64,000 bases of DNA, from NCBI GenBank assembly GCA_041484665.1, contig JBGPIA010000015.1, forward strand, positions 1 through 64,000. Reading direction: 5' to 3'. The notes below the pieces were generated by a model, which was not told the origin of the DNA, did not search any database, and worked only from the letters and a program-made list of their open reading frames with translations. Below, in pieces: positions 20,860 to 31,058 of the stretch. Position 1 is the first letter of the stretch, and the number at the start of each line of letters is the position of its first letter. The stretch is from Candidatus Krumholzibacteriia bacterium (lineage in GTDB: Bacteria > Krumholzibacteriota > Krumholzibacteriia > JAJRXK01). The position numbers and the translations under genes were made by a program.

Positions 20860-22299
20860 TCAACGCATCAGCAGAACTTTGGTCTGCAGGCTGGCGCGGT
20901 CCCCCGTGGCGCGGACGTAATACGTACCATTCCCGACCGTCGTGCCGCGCTCGTCGCGCCCGTCCCATTGGAGCCGAAGCAGCCTGTCTGCCCGGGACGC
21001 AGGACGAAGGACGCGGACCAGACGCCCCGCGACGTCGTATACGGCGACCCTGATCGTGGGGCTGTCCATCTCCACACCCAGCTCGGCCCAGCCACGGCTC
21101 GGGTTTGGCCAGATGGTGATGCGGCCAACCGCAGGACGCCCACCGTCGCCGGGGGGCCCGACCGCCGTCGAGGTGCCGTTCTCCTGCACCCGGTAGGTGA
21201 AAAACGCTTTCGGGTCGGCTCCGTTGCGATACTCAGTGAGGATGCGATCCGCATCGCGCACGCCCTCGACGATCCGGTACTCGTCAACGACTCCGTCCGA
21301 CAGGTTTAGCGAGTTGTAGAAAGCCGGGCCGGCGATCCCGACGCGGCCCTGGATCGACTCCCCGACATAGACGTGGTACGGAGGGTTCGGTGCGTAGTAC
21401 CCGTGAACCTGCTGCTCGATCCCATCCAGGAAGAAGTGAGCCGTGTCCGCGGCGGCATCCAGCGTCCAGACGTACTGATGAAACAACGTGTCCGCGATTG
21501 CCGGCATCCACGTATAGTACCCCCGCGAGGTCTCGAGCGTCGCGTGCGGAGACCCCACGGTGCGACGCCACGCCACACCCCAGCCGCCGGTCGAGGACTC
21601 GAAGGCTGAAGTTCCCCCTTGGGAGGAGGCCACATTGGAGTACCAGGCGCTGATCGTAAAGCTGCTGTCCGGCGAGCTGATGCTATTGCAGTAGAGCCAG
21701 TCGGTCAGGTTGTCGAAGCGCCACGCCCGGCCGACCTGTCCGATCACCCGATCCGAGCTGGTCCAGCTGCTGCCGGGGCCCACCTGCGCGAAGTTGCTGG
21801 CGGGACCCGAGTCCGGAAGGAACCCGAAGGAGGGATCCTGCTCGAAGTGGTAGACGGCCAGGTGGTCGGCGGGCCACGCGCCCCCGGGCGCAACGGAGAC
21901 GGTCGTGTCCGGGTTGCCGTAATACATGTAGAACACGTTGGCGGTGGTCGAGAGCGCGGCGGCCCGGAACCAGATCTCGGCCGCTCGTCCCACCGGATCG
22001 TAGGACACGATCTCGTGATCCAGCAGCGACGTGCCGTCGCCGGCCGTGAACAGCAGGTCCGATCCGTCCCCTTTGGCCCGGTCGAACACCGTCGACAAGC
22101 TGTCGGAGCTCAGCGTCAGCAGCAGCGTGATGTCCGTGAAGGTTCCCACTCCCGCGATTAGCTCAGGCTTCGCCCGCAGCTCGATCCGGTTGGACCAATT
22201 TCCGTCCAGCCAGTCGGCCGCGCGTGCGATGTGCGGTGCTGTCGGCACCACGCTCAGCGCGCAACAGGCCATCAGGCCGAGCCGAAGCAGTTGTCCCAT
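20860..22299 (-). CDS. Secreted DUF2341 + LamG-like protein with C-terminal FlgD-Ig/T9SS-CTD-like domain
   Basis: Signal peptide (ARA|A), DGSDLLFT..EIVSYD..YMYYGNP. Tail WPNP..VYDVAGRLVR..WDGRD..GTYYVR..KVLLMR. Confidence 0.88.
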   Translation of the reverse strand: MGQLLRLGLMACCALSVVPTAPHIARAADWLDGNWSNRIELRAKPELIAGVGTFTDITLLLTLSSDSLSTVFDRAKGDGSDLLFTAGDGTSLLDHEIVSYDPVGRAAEIWFRAAALSTTANVFYMYYGNPDTTVSVAPGGAWPADHLAVYHFEQDPSFGFLPDSGPASNFAQVGPGSSWTSSDRVIGQVGRAWRFDNLTDWLYCNSISSPDSSFTISAWYSNVASSQGGTSAFESSTGGWGVAWRRTVGSPHATLETSRGYYTWMPAIADTLFHQYVWTLDAAADTAHFFLDGIEQQVHGYYAPNPPYHVYVGESIQGRVGIAGPAFYNSLNLSDGVVDEYRIVEGVRDADRILTEYRNGADPKAFFTYRVQENGTSTAVGPPGDGGRPAVGRITIWPNPSRGWAELGVEMDSPTIRVAVYDVAGRLVRVLRPASRADRLLRLQWDGRDERGTTVGNGTYYVRATGDRASLQTKVLLMR

Positions 22300-22550
22300 G
22301 GCTCTTTCTTGGTTCTCAGGTGGAGCGCCCGGCGAACATGCTGGCGCGTGACGAGCCTCTTCGCGTGATGATCTCCTTCAAGGATAGCACGGCGCCCGCG
22401 GCCGGCCAGAGGAGGCTGGACGAGCTGCACGGTGGCGAGGGAAGCGCCGGAAATCGCGCAGCACGACTCGCCACAACGGGATGCGTACACGCCAGCGTGA
22501 CTTCCGGACGGACGCACGCTCTGCCATGGCGGCGGCAAAGCAATGTCGCG

Positions 22551-23660
22551 CTACTGCCGGCCCCATCGCCGATAGACCGCTGCCAGGCGCTCGAACTGTC
22601 CCGCAAAGGTGCACTCGGTCTTTACGAACCGCTTCGCGGCCAGAGCCATCGCACGACTGCGGGCCGTGTCGGACGCCGCGTCCACGATGGCGTCAACCAG
22701 TGCCGCCTCCCTCCCCGCAGGGACCAGGCGCCCGGTGCTCCCATGCTCGATGATCTCCGGCACGCCGCCGACAGCGGTGGCAACCACGGGGACGTCCAGC
22801 GCCATCGCCTCGAGGACGATGTTCGGGAGACCCTCGGAGAGAGAAGGGTTGATGAGGATGTCAGCGCCCTTGACGCACCCCAGGATATTCCGCTCGAATC
22901 CAGGGCAGAGGATCTTGCGCTGGAGTCCGAGCCGCTGGATGGACGCCCGCACCTTCTCCAGATCGGGCCCGTCACCGAACAGCACGAAGCGCAAGCGCGG
23001 ATCCCGCTGTGAGGCCGTCGCGGCGGCTCGGACCAGACCCTCCTGTCCCTTTTCGCGGCTGAAGCGTCCAGCGGTAACGCACACCACAGCATCCGGCGCG
23101 TAACCGAAACGCTCGCGCAGATCGATGGCCGCAATCTCCGCCAGGCGGTCCGCATCGATCGCGTTCTGCACCACGGTGATCTTGTCGCCGCTGATGAGCA
23201 GCCTGCGGAGCCGCTTTTTCTGGGCCAAGGAGACGGCGATGATGTGATCGGCGAGACGGATCAACGCCCGGTCGATGCCCTGGAACAGATGGACCTTGAG
23301 GTTCGTCTGGGTGTAGCCCCTGGAGAAGGCCAGCCAGCGAGCGGAGGTGTGCCGGACCGCCCTGTAGCCCAGCACCGTCGTGCGATAGTCGTGCGTGCAG
23401 AGAATGTCCACCTCCCTCTCGCGCAGGTAGCGGTGGAGCTGCCGGGCCGCCTGCGGGTCGTATGCGGATCGCACCACGAAGACGTGGGTCGCGATCCCCG
23501 CCTCTGCGATCCGGTCGAGGAACTCTGGCCTGCGCCCGCCTTCGGTGAACGAGGCAATGGTCACCTCGAATGGCGAGCCGAGCGCCTCCCGCGCATGGAG
23601 GTGCAATTGCCTCTCGGGACCGCCGTAGAAGTCGGAGGCACGGACGTGGAGGATCCTCAT
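22551..23660 (-). CDS. Glycosyltransferase family 4
   Basis: GGPERQ, GRFSREKG and EGLPNIVLEAMALDVPVVATAVGG. Confidence 0.93.
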   Translation of the reverse strand: MRILHVRASDFYGGPERQLHLHAREALGSPFEVTIASFTEGGRRPEFLDRIAEAGIATHVFVVRSAYDPQAARQLHRYLREREVDILCTHDYRTTVLGYRAVRHTSARWLAFSRGYTQTNLKVHLFQGIDRALIRLADHIIAVSLAQKKRLRRLLISGDKITVVQNAIDADRLAEIAAIDLRERFGYAPDAVVCVTAGRFSREKGQEGLVRAAATASQRDPRLRFVLFGDGPDLEKVRASIQRLGLQRKILCPGFERNILGCVKGADILINPSLSEGLPNIVLEAMALDVPVVATAVGGVPEIIEHGSTGRLVPAGREAALVDAIVDAASDTARSRAMALAAKRFVKTECTFAGQFERLAAVYRRWGRQ

Positions 23661-23701
23661 GGTGTCTGGGTGTCCCGAGCGGGGCCGCGCCTGCGGTGGC
23701 A

Positions 23702-24433
23702 CTACACCGGCTTGCGGGCGACGACGACCACGCCGCCCCCCAGGCCGATCCTCTCCTTCGCGCTGCGGAGGTTCTCCGCCGAGAAGAGGCGCAAGAGGAC
23801 TGCATTGATCTTGTAGGAGTTCACGAGACGCAGAATGCCCAGGTCCCCCGTGGGGGCGACCGTGGTCATGGAGAGAAGCTCGAAGCGCCGCGCGAGCAGC
23901 CGTCTGAGGTCCCGCCGCGAGAGCCAATTGCGGACCTGGCCGGGCTCGACCGGTCGAACGTCGCGGCTGCGTTCGTAGACGAACTTGTTGACCGTCGTGA
24001 GGATGAGATGGGCCCCCGGCTTCATCAAAGAAGCGACCCGCTCGACGAAACGGGGTTGATCCTCCACGTAGAAGAGCGTCTCCACGCAGACCACGATGTC
24101 GAATGAGGACGCGGCGAAGCCGTGCTGGTAGAAGTCGCCGGCGATGAGCTCTGCGTCGATGTTCCGGGTGCGCGCCACGGCAATGGCGGAGGGAGAGAGA
24201 TCGATCGCGGTGACCTTGCCGAATGCGCCGAGCTTCTCCGTCAGCCAGCCCGTGCCACATCCCACTTCCAGAATGCGCGGTGCGTGGAGATCCAGGGTTC
24301 GCAGGATGTCGAGCACCCGCACGCCGCGGTCTCGAATCCCGTCGGGAATCTCCTCGAAGGCGCCTGCGCGATGCTCGACGTTCCACCGGTCGTAGAACGC
24401 CGTTTGCTCTTCGATCGTGGGCTTGTCTTGCAT
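23702..24433 (-). CDS. Class I SAM-dependent methyltransferase
   Basis: ILEVGCGTG, IDLS, FDIV and MKPGAHL. GGAGGA RBS. Confidence 0.92.
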   Translation of the reverse strand: MQDKPTIEEQTAFYDRWNVEHRAGAFEEIPDGIRDRGVRVLDILRTLDLHAPRILEVGCGTGWLTEKLGAFGKVTAIDLSPSAIAVARTRNIDAELIAGDFYQHGFAASSFDIVVCVETLFYVEDQPRFVERVASLMKPGAHLILTTVNKFVYERSRDVRPVEPGQVRNWLSRRDLRRLLARRFELLSMTTVAPTGDLGILRLVNSYKINAVLLRLFSAENLRSAKERIGLGGGVVVVARKPV

Positions 24434-24969
24434 GACCGTGGTCCTCCCCGATCGAGATCACGAGGGCGGGTGTGGATCGGGACCGGCGACCCTGCCTTGG
24501 CCACCATATACCGTCGCGGGATGACGCGTCTGCCCCCTGATGCGGGGGCGCGGCGCTCCGCCCTGGCGCGCGTCGACGGATTCCTCGATGCTCCAAGGGG
24601 TTGCCGGCGATGGTGGGACGACCGTGGCACTTCCGGGCGGGGGGACGGACCCGATCCAGCGCGGCCCGCCTCGCCAGCAAACCACCGGTCTGGACGAGCT
24701 GCCTGCCGTCAATGGGTCGCACGACGCCATGGTTGCAGGGACGGCGCCCGAGCCCGATACTCAAGGGCGCAGGCCACCGGGGCGCGCTCGCCCGCCGGCC
24801 CTGTACCCGTTGACGAACGATCGGCGGCAAGGCCAAGACGAGCAAACCGGTCCGCACCGCCGCTCCCGCAGGTCGCCACGCTCTTCGCGATCGCAACCGG
24901 CCAGATCCTGTCGTCACGAGCCTTGGAGTCGCCGCAGCCCCGTGCCATCGGGCAACGGAGAGGACCTCA

Positions 24970-27438
24970 ATGCACAGCCGTGTGAATGACGACGGAAGTC
25001 GGATCGGCCGCCACCACTATGCCGGGATGGGGATCATCTCGATGGCGACGCTGCTGCTGGAGCTGTCGCTGACGCGAGTGCTCTCGGTGGCGAACTGGTA
25101 TCACTTCGGTTTCCTGGTGATTTCCACGGCCCTGCTCGGGTTCGGCACCGCGGGGGTTGTGCTCTCCCTGTGGACCGGCTTGCGCGAACGGGTGCCTAAA
25201 GACAAGGCCCTCGCAGGGCTCTCGCTCGCATTCGGTCTGGTGACCATCGCGAGCTTCTGGGTGATGCAGCGGATACCGTTCGACCCCTTCGACTTGCTCC
25301 AGGATCGCAAGCAAGTTGTCTATACGCTGCTGTACTATGCGGTCCTCGCCGCCCCGTTCTTCTGTTCCGGGCTGGCCATCGCGCTCTTGCTCACTCGCGG
25401 CTCGCTCGAGGTGAACCGCCTCTATGCCGCCGACCTCATCGGCGCGGGGCTCGGCTGCGCGGCCATCGCCTTCGTGATGCCCGCATTGGGAGGACCCGGG
25501 TCGGTGGTGTTCTCGGCGACGCTCGGCCTTTTGGCGGCAGCCGTGTTCGGCATGTCGCGGGCTCGCGGGCTGGCGATCCTCAGTGCCGTCATCGGCGTCG
25601 CGACCCTCGTTTTCGCGTCGATGGCGGAACGGGCGCTCCCCATCACCGTCACGCCGAGCAAGCTGCATCCGCTCCAACCCCCGGGACGGTCTCCCATCTA
25701 CACGGCCTGGAATGCTCTGTCCAGGGTCGATCTCTACGAAACCCCGGCGATGCCGGACCAAGGCCGGCCCGATCCTGGGTTCGCCATCATCGTCGACGCT
25801 GGCGCCTCCGGGACGGCCGTCGCGGACCTCAGCATCGGCGTGCGCAACTACCTCGCCCACGCTCCCGAGTATCGACCGTCCGGCCTGGCCTACCTCGGGA
25901 AGGAGCATCCCAGCGTCTTGATCATCGGCTCCGGGGCCGGGCGGGAAGTGCTGGAGGGCCTCTACTTCGGTGCGTCCTCCATCACGGCCGTCGAGATCAA
26001 CCCGATCATCAACGACATCGTGACCAAACGCATGCGCCGCGCGTGGGGCGGCCTCTTCGAGCAACCGGAGGTGCACCTGGTCACGGAAGACGGGCGCAGC
26101 TTCGTCAGGCGTTCGAAGGACAAGTACGATGCCATCATCTCGATCCAGACCATGAGCACCGCCGCGCTTGCCTCGGGCGCGCTCAGCCTGAGTGAGACGT
26201 ACGTGCTGACGCGGGACGCGTTCGAGGACTACATCGACCACCTGACCCCGGACGGCGTTCTGCTGGTGACTCGCCCGCAGCATCAGATCCCGAAGCTGTT
26301 CGCCACGGTGCGCGAAGTGTTCGAGCGGCGCGGCCTGGGGAGCCCCGCCGGTCACCTCTTGGCGTTTCGGGGGCCACTGCTCCCTTTTGGTCATCGTCAG
26401 TTCCTCACGGGCTTGATCTTCAAGAAGTCGCCGCTGACCCCCGCAGATATCGAGATGGCTTCGGAGCGCCTCGGGGTGGGTCGCCCGTATGTGGGAAGCG
26501 AGAGCGGGCCGCCGGAGATCTTCTACTCGCCGACCAGCTCACCCGAGAATCCGTTCGAGACACAATTGGCCAGGCTTGCGAACGCTTTGGACCTACGGGA
26601 AATCTACGCGTCGTCGAGCCAGCTGCTCACCCCGGCCACCGACAACCGCCCGTTCTTCAATCAGAACGTCCGGTGGACGAGCCTGAGGCCGTACCAATTC
26701 CGCGCAGTCCTGACCGGGGGTACCAAGGGCGATCTGGAGTTGCGCCCGGTGGCGGAGATCACGCTGCTGATGCTGCTGGTCCAAGCCGCCGGGGTCGCCG
26801 CCGTGCTGATCCTGCTGCCGTTGGCGAGCTTTGACCGCAAGCGGCTGCGCGTGCCCAGGCGTTGGACGTTCCTGGTCTATTTCGCTGCATTGGGCCTGGG
26901 CTTCATTTTGATCGAGATCGTGCTGCTTCAACGCTTCACCTTGTTCCTGGGACAACCGATCTACACCTATGCCGTGGTCCTGGGCAGCCTGCTCCTCTTC
27001 ACCGGCGGAGGGTCCTATGCGGCGAATCGTTTTCGCGCAACGCCGCGGCGGGTGCTGCCATGGGTCTTGATGGCGCTCCTCGCGGCCATTGGAATGGTGT
27101 TGCTGCTGATGCCGCCGATCCTCTCCCTCACGCTGGGCCTCGCGCTTGGGTGGCGGGTTGCAGTGGCGGTCGCGCTGGTCGCTCCCTTGGGATTCCTGCT
27201 GGGCATTCCCTTCCCGACCGGGTTACGCATCGTGGTGAATGAGGCCACTCCGCTCGTGCCTTGGGCGTGGGCGGTGAATGGCTTTTTCACCGTGATCGGG
27301 TCGGTCGCAGCGATGATCTTGGGAATGGCCTTGGGGTTCGCCGCCGTCCTGCTGATCGCGGGCGGATGCTATGCCGCCGCGCTCGTGGCGATCGCCGGCA
27401 GCGGTAGGGCCGCGGGCGTGACCGCAACCCCCGGTTGA
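24970..27438 (+). CDS. Polytopic membrane protein with central spermidine-synthase/SAM-methyltransferase-like domain
   Basis: N- and C-terminal TM blocks flank VLIIGSGAGRE..VEINP..EDGRSF..YDAI, plus the conserved ATDNRPFF and W.WAVNG motifs. Confidence 0.85.
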   Translation: MHSRVNDDGSRIGRHHYAGMGIISMATLLLELSLTRVLSVANWYHFGFLVISTALLGFGTAGVVLSLWTGLRERVPKDKALAGLSLAFGLVTIASFWVMQRIPFDPFDLLQDRKQVVYTLLYYAVLAAPFFCSGLAIALLLTRGSLEVNRLYAADLIGAGLGCAAIAFVMPALGGPGSVVFSATLGLLAAAVFGMSRARGLAILSAVIGVATLVFASMAERALPITVTPSKLHPLQPPGRSPIYTAWNALSRVDLYETPAMPDQGRPDPGFAIIVDAGASGTAVADLSIGVRNYLAHAPEYRPSGLAYLGKEHPSVLIIGSGAGREVLEGLYFGASSITAVEINPIINDIVTKRMRRAWGGLFEQPEVHLVTEDGRSFVRRSKDKYDAIISIQTMSTAALASGALSLSETYVLTRDAFEDYIDHLTPDGVLLVTRPQHQIPKLFATVREVFERRGLGSPAGHLLAFRGPLLPFGHRQFLTGLIFKKSPLTPADIEMASERLGVGRPYVGSESGPPEIFYSPTSSPENPFETQLARLANALDLREIYASSSQLLTPATDNRPFFNQNVRWTSLRPYQFRAVLTGGTKGDLELRPVAEITLLMLLVQAAGVAAVLILLPLASFDRKRLRVPRRWTFLVYFAALGLGFILIEIVLLQRFTLFLGQPIYTYAVVLGSLLLFTGGGSYAANRFRATPRRVLPWVLMALLAAIGMVLLLMPPILSLTLGLALGWRVAVAVALVAPLGFLLGIPFPTGLRIVVNEATPLVPWAWAVNGFFTVIGSVAAMILGMALGFAAVLLIAGGCYAAALVAIAGSGRAAGVTATPG

Positions 27439-27465
27439 CGGATCCGAGGCAGGGGGGCACCGGGG

Positions 27466-28437
27466 TCAATCCCTCTCCAGACGAACTGCGTCCAGGTACA
27501 GCGCAAAGGACCTCGACGGCTCCGCGACAAACAGAGTCACGGTGCGGATGCGGGTCAGATCCATCGCTCGTCCCCGGGGTGCCTCCTCGATCTCGCGCAA
27601 ACGGATTGCGATTCGATTGGCCGCGGGGTGGATGGCCAGCGCTCGGTTGAAGCGATCCGAGAACGCGTTGTTGTGGTGGACGTCGTCGATCCGCAGGACG
27701 ATTTCCATCGTCTCCGGCGACGCGGAGAACACCTCGAACACCAAGGTGTCGTACCCCGTCCAGTCGGGATACGGCTCCCGCAGCACGAATGCCGGGGTTC
27801 CCGTGGACGAGAAAGTGACGCAGGCGACCCTCGCACGAGGGCGTTGCGCCCAGCCGCTGGGTGGATCGGTCACCTGGATCGCGGCGTCGCGCGCCACGAT
27901 AAACGTCTGCCCCCAAGCGCTCCCGAAATCGCAGAGCCGGGGAAACGCCGCGTTCCTCGCCAGATAGCTGTGGACGACGGTTGCCGCCGGACGCAGTGCC
28001 AGACTCAGGAGCGTGACCGCCACGAGCAGAAGGGGCGCGCGCAGGCGCTGTTTGCTGCCCAAAGCAAGGCGGAGCTTGCTGTCAAAGCACAGCGCGACCA
28101 GCAGGGCGGCTGCGCCACCCAGGACATCCCTCGCCAGATCTAGGACGTCGGCGTCGCGACCGACGAAGGCCTGGATCAGCTCGGTGAGGGCCCCGATGCC
28201 GGCGGTCACCACCAGGGCCAGAACGTACTGTCTCGCCCGCGATCCACCGCGCCAGCGCGTCGACGCGGACGACGCGCGCAGGACCAGGAACCCCACGACC
28301 CCGAAGAGCGGAACGTGTGCCGCATCCTCCAGGGCAGTCCAGAGAAGACTGTGCTGCGGGGTAGGCGCGAACGTCTGCACGCAGAGCGCCGCGACCATCA
28401 GGATGAGCCAGAGGGCCGGACGTGTCGATCGCCTCAC
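27466..28437 (-). CDS. VanZ-like membrane domain fused to a periplasmic carbohydrate-binding-like beta-sandwich
   Basis: HVPLFG..ELIQAFVGRDADVLDLARD (VanZ). DWTGYDTLVF..LRIDD..RFNR..I.L..I..MDLTRI..LYLDAVRL (CBM11/CIA30-like pattern). Confidence 0.75.
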   Translation of the reverse strand: MRRSTRPALWLILMVAALCVQTFAPTPQHSLLWTALEDAAHVPLFGVVGFLVLRASSASTRWRGGSRARQYVLALVVTAGIGALTELIQAFVGRDADVLDLARDVLGGAAALLVALCFDSKLRLALGSKQRLRAPLLLVAVTLLSLALRPAATVVHSYLARNAAFPRLCDFGSAWGQTFIVARDAAIQVTDPPSGWAQRPRARVACVTFSSTGTPAFVLREPYPDWTGYDTLVFEVFSASPETMEIVLRIDDVHHNNAFSDRFNRALAIHPAANRIAIRLREIEEAPRGRAMDLTRIRTVTLFVAEPSRSFALYLDAVRLERD

Positions 28438-28717
28438 GGACAGGGACCCTCCGTCGTGCGGGTCAGGGTGGGGCCGCCGCACCGACACCGTGATTGTGGG
28501 CCGATGCCCCCGGATCGGTCCAGGCTGCGCTGCCCAACCCGGCAGGCAAGGCACTGCCGGGTCCCGCTGCCGGGCCCCGCTGCTGAGTCCCGCCGCTGAC
28601 TCCTACTCCCGAATCGGGCGCGTTGGGGGGCGGCGCCGGCGGGGGTGGATGGGAGCCGATCCAGGGTGTAGACTGTACGGTCGGCTCATGCGCAAACCCG
28701 GGGTACGCGCGAACCCG

Positions 28718-28733
28718 GGGCATGCCTCTTGCT
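28718..28733 (+). promoter_or_regulatory. Putative sigma54 (-24/-12) promoter of the nucleotide-sugar/export operon
   Basis: GGGCATGCCTCTTGCT (GG-N10-GC, TTGCT), 35 nt before ATG 28769. Confidence 0.6.
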
Positions 28734-28768
28734 GCTCTTTGCAGCGGCCCCCGCCGCCCAGGTCGATC

Positions 28769-30097
28769 ATGACGAGGCTTCCGTCGCCACCCACCGTCGA
28801 CGCCGCCCGCACTCTGAGACGCCGGGCCCACGAGCTCATCCCCGGCGGATGCCATACGTACGCCAAGGGGGATGACCAGTACCCCGAAGCAGCTCCCGGT
28901 TTCATCGCCCGCGGCAAGGGCTGCCACGTGTGGGACGTCGATGGCAACGAGTACATCGAGTACGGCATGGGCCTGCGGGCGGTGACGCTCGGCCACGCCT
29001 TCCAGCCCGTCGTCCAGGCGGCGGCGCGGCAGATGGAGCTCGGGAGCAACTTCACGCGGCCCGCTCCCATCGAGGTCGAGTGCGCGGAGAAGGTGCTGGG
29101 CGTCATCAAAGCCGGCGAACAGGTGAAGTTCGCCAAGGACGGGTCCACGGTCATCACGGCCGCGACGAAGTTGGCCCGCGCGCACACGGGTCGCGACATC
29201 ATCGCCTACTGCGCCGATCACCCCTTCTTCTCGTACAACGATTGGTTCATCGGCTCCTGGCAGATGTCGGCGGGGATCCCGGCGGCCTACCAGAGCCTGG
29301 TCGCGACGTTCCGATTCAACGACATCGACAGCCTGCGCGCCGTGTTCGAGCGGCATCCCGGGCAGGTCGCCTGCGTCCTGCTCGAGGCCGAGCGGGAGGA
29401 GCCTCCGCGCGACGGCTTCCTCCAGGAGGCCCTCGCGCTCACCCACCAGCAGGGCGCGCTCTTCATACTCGACGAAATGATCAGCGGCTTCCGCTGGCAT
29501 GTCGGCGGCGCCCAGGCGCTCTACGGCGTGGAGCCCGATCTCGCGGGTTTCGGCAAGGCCATCGCCAACGGCTTCTCGGTTTCGGCCCTGGTGGGCAAGC
29601 GCGAGGTCATGCAGCTCGGCGGTTGGTCCCAGGATCGTGACCGCGTGTTCCTGCTGTCCACCACCCATGGCGCCGAGAGCCATGCCTTGGCCGCTGCAAT
29701 CGCCACCATCGAGGTCTACGAGCGGGAGCCCGTCATCGAGGTCCTCCACCGGCAAGGCGCACAGCTCAAGCGCGGCTGCGACGAAGCTGCACGGGAGCTG
29801 GGGATCTCCGACTACTTCCAGGTCATTGGACGGCCCTGCAATCTGGTGTACGTCACCCGCGACGCGGGCCGGAACCGTTCGCAGCTGTTCCGCACGCTGT
29901 TCATGCAGGAGTTGATCAAGCGCGGCGTGCTCGGGCCGTCGTTCGTGGTGAGCTACTCCCATTCCGACGCCGACATCGCTCGCACGATCCACGCGGTCCG
30001 CGGGGCGCTCGAGGTGTACCGCCGCGGACTGGAGGATGGAGTCGAGGCCGTCCTGGAGGGGCGTCCTGTGCAACCGGTCGACCGCCGGCGGGGCTGA
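28769..30097 (+). CDS. Class III PLP aminotransferase (glutamate-1-semialdehyde aminomutase-like), probably acting on a sugar pathway
   Basis: GKGCHVWDVDGNEYIEY, LDEMISGFR, PDLAGFGKAIANG and STTHG. First gene of the sugar operon. Confidence 0.88.
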   Translation: MTRLPSPPTVDAARTLRRRAHELIPGGCHTYAKGDDQYPEAAPGFIARGKGCHVWDVDGNEYIEYGMGLRAVTLGHAFQPVVQAAARQMELGSNFTRPAPIEVECAEKVLGVIKAGEQVKFAKDGSTVITAATKLARAHTGRDIIAYCADHPFFSYNDWFIGSWQMSAGIPAAYQSLVATFRFNDIDSLRAVFERHPGQVACVLLEAEREEPPRDGFLQEALALTHQQGALFILDEMISGFRWHVGGAQALYGVEPDLAGFGKAIANGFSVSALVGKREVMQLGGWSQDRDRVFLLSTTHGAESHALAAAIATIEVYEREPVIEVLHRQGAQLKRGCDEAARELGISDYFQVIGRPCNLVYVTRDAGRNRSQLFRTLFMQELIKRGVLGPSFVVSYSHSDADIARTIHAVRGALEVYRRGLEDGVEAVLEGRPVQPVDRRRG

Positions 30098-30124
30098 GGC
30101 CCGCCTGCGTGAGGTGAAGCGCGC

Positions 30125-31054
30125 ATGAAAGTCGTGCTTTTCTGTGGAGGGCTGGGACTGAGGCTGCGTGACTACTCACAGCACGTCCCGAAGCCGATGG
30201 TCCGGATCGGCGAGCAGCCTCTCCTGTGGCACGTGATGAAGTACTACGCCCACTACGGCCACAAGGATTTCATCCTGTGCCTGGGATACCGTGGTGACGC
30301 CATCAAGGAGTTCTTCCTCCAGTACAACGAGGCCCTCTCGAACGATTTCGTCATGAAGGACGGGGGCACGGACCTCGAGCTGCACAACCGGGACATCCAT
30401 GATTGGAGGATCACCTTCGTCGACACGGGGCTCAACAGCAACATCGGCGAGAGACTGTGCCAGGTCCGCAAGTACCTCGACGGCGAGGAAGTGTTTCTCG
30501 CCAACTACAGCGACGGTCTCACCGACCTGCCGCTGGATGGCTATCTCGAGTTCGCTCGCCGGCAGGACAAGGTGGCTTGCTTCGTCTCGGTGCGTCCCAC
30601 CGCGAGCTTCCACGTGGTGCGGTGGGGCGCCCAGGGCCTGGTGACCGGCCTCGAGCCCGTGAGCGCCGCGACCCACATCAACTGCGGATACTTCGTGCTC
30701 AAGCGGGAGATCTTCGACTCCATCAAGCCCGGCGATGACCTGGTCGTCCAGCCGTTCCATCGTCTCATTGGACAGCAGCAGCTGGTGACCTACGAGTACC
30801 CGGGCTTCTGGGCGTGCGCGGACACGTTCAAGGACAAGATGCAGCTCGACAACATGTTCGAGCAAGGGGAGACGCCGTGGATGGTCTGGAAGCAGGGCCG
30901 GCGCCCGCCGGAGCGCGAAGGGGACCGTGCGGTCCCGGGCATCGCGTCCGCGACCACAGGGGTGCCAGACGGCCTCACCGCCCGCGGCAACGACCAAGCA
31001 GCTGCGATCCGCCGGGGCGCCGATGCGGGTCGGGGATCCAAGCGAAACGGATGA
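30125..31054 (+). CDS. rfbF: Glucose-1-phosphate cytidylyltransferase
   Basis: VVLFCGGLGLRL..PKPMV.IG..LWHVMKYY..FVDTG..YSDG..GFW.C.DTFKD. Has a ~45-aa low-complexity C-terminal extension. Confidence 0.88.
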   Translation: MKVVLFCGGLGLRLRDYSQHVPKPMVRIGEQPLLWHVMKYYAHYGHKDFILCLGYRGDAIKEFFLQYNEALSNDFVMKDGGTDLELHNRDIHDWRITFVDTGLNSNIGERLCQVRKYLDGEEVFLANYSDGLTDLPLDGYLEFARRQDKVACFVSVRPTASFHVVRWGAQGLVTGLEPVSAATHINCGYFVLKREIFDSIKPGDDLVVQPFHRLIGQQQLVTYEYPGFWACADTFKDKMQLDNMFEQGETPWMVWKQGRRPPEREGDRAVPGIASATTGVPDGLTARGNDQAAAIRRGADAGRGSKRNG

Positions 31055-31058
31055 GGTC

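Noticed and set aside
28769..30097. Assignment as hemL
   Set aside because: The fold matches, but the context is a nucleotide-sugar operon with no tetrapyrrole genes, so the symbol is withheld.
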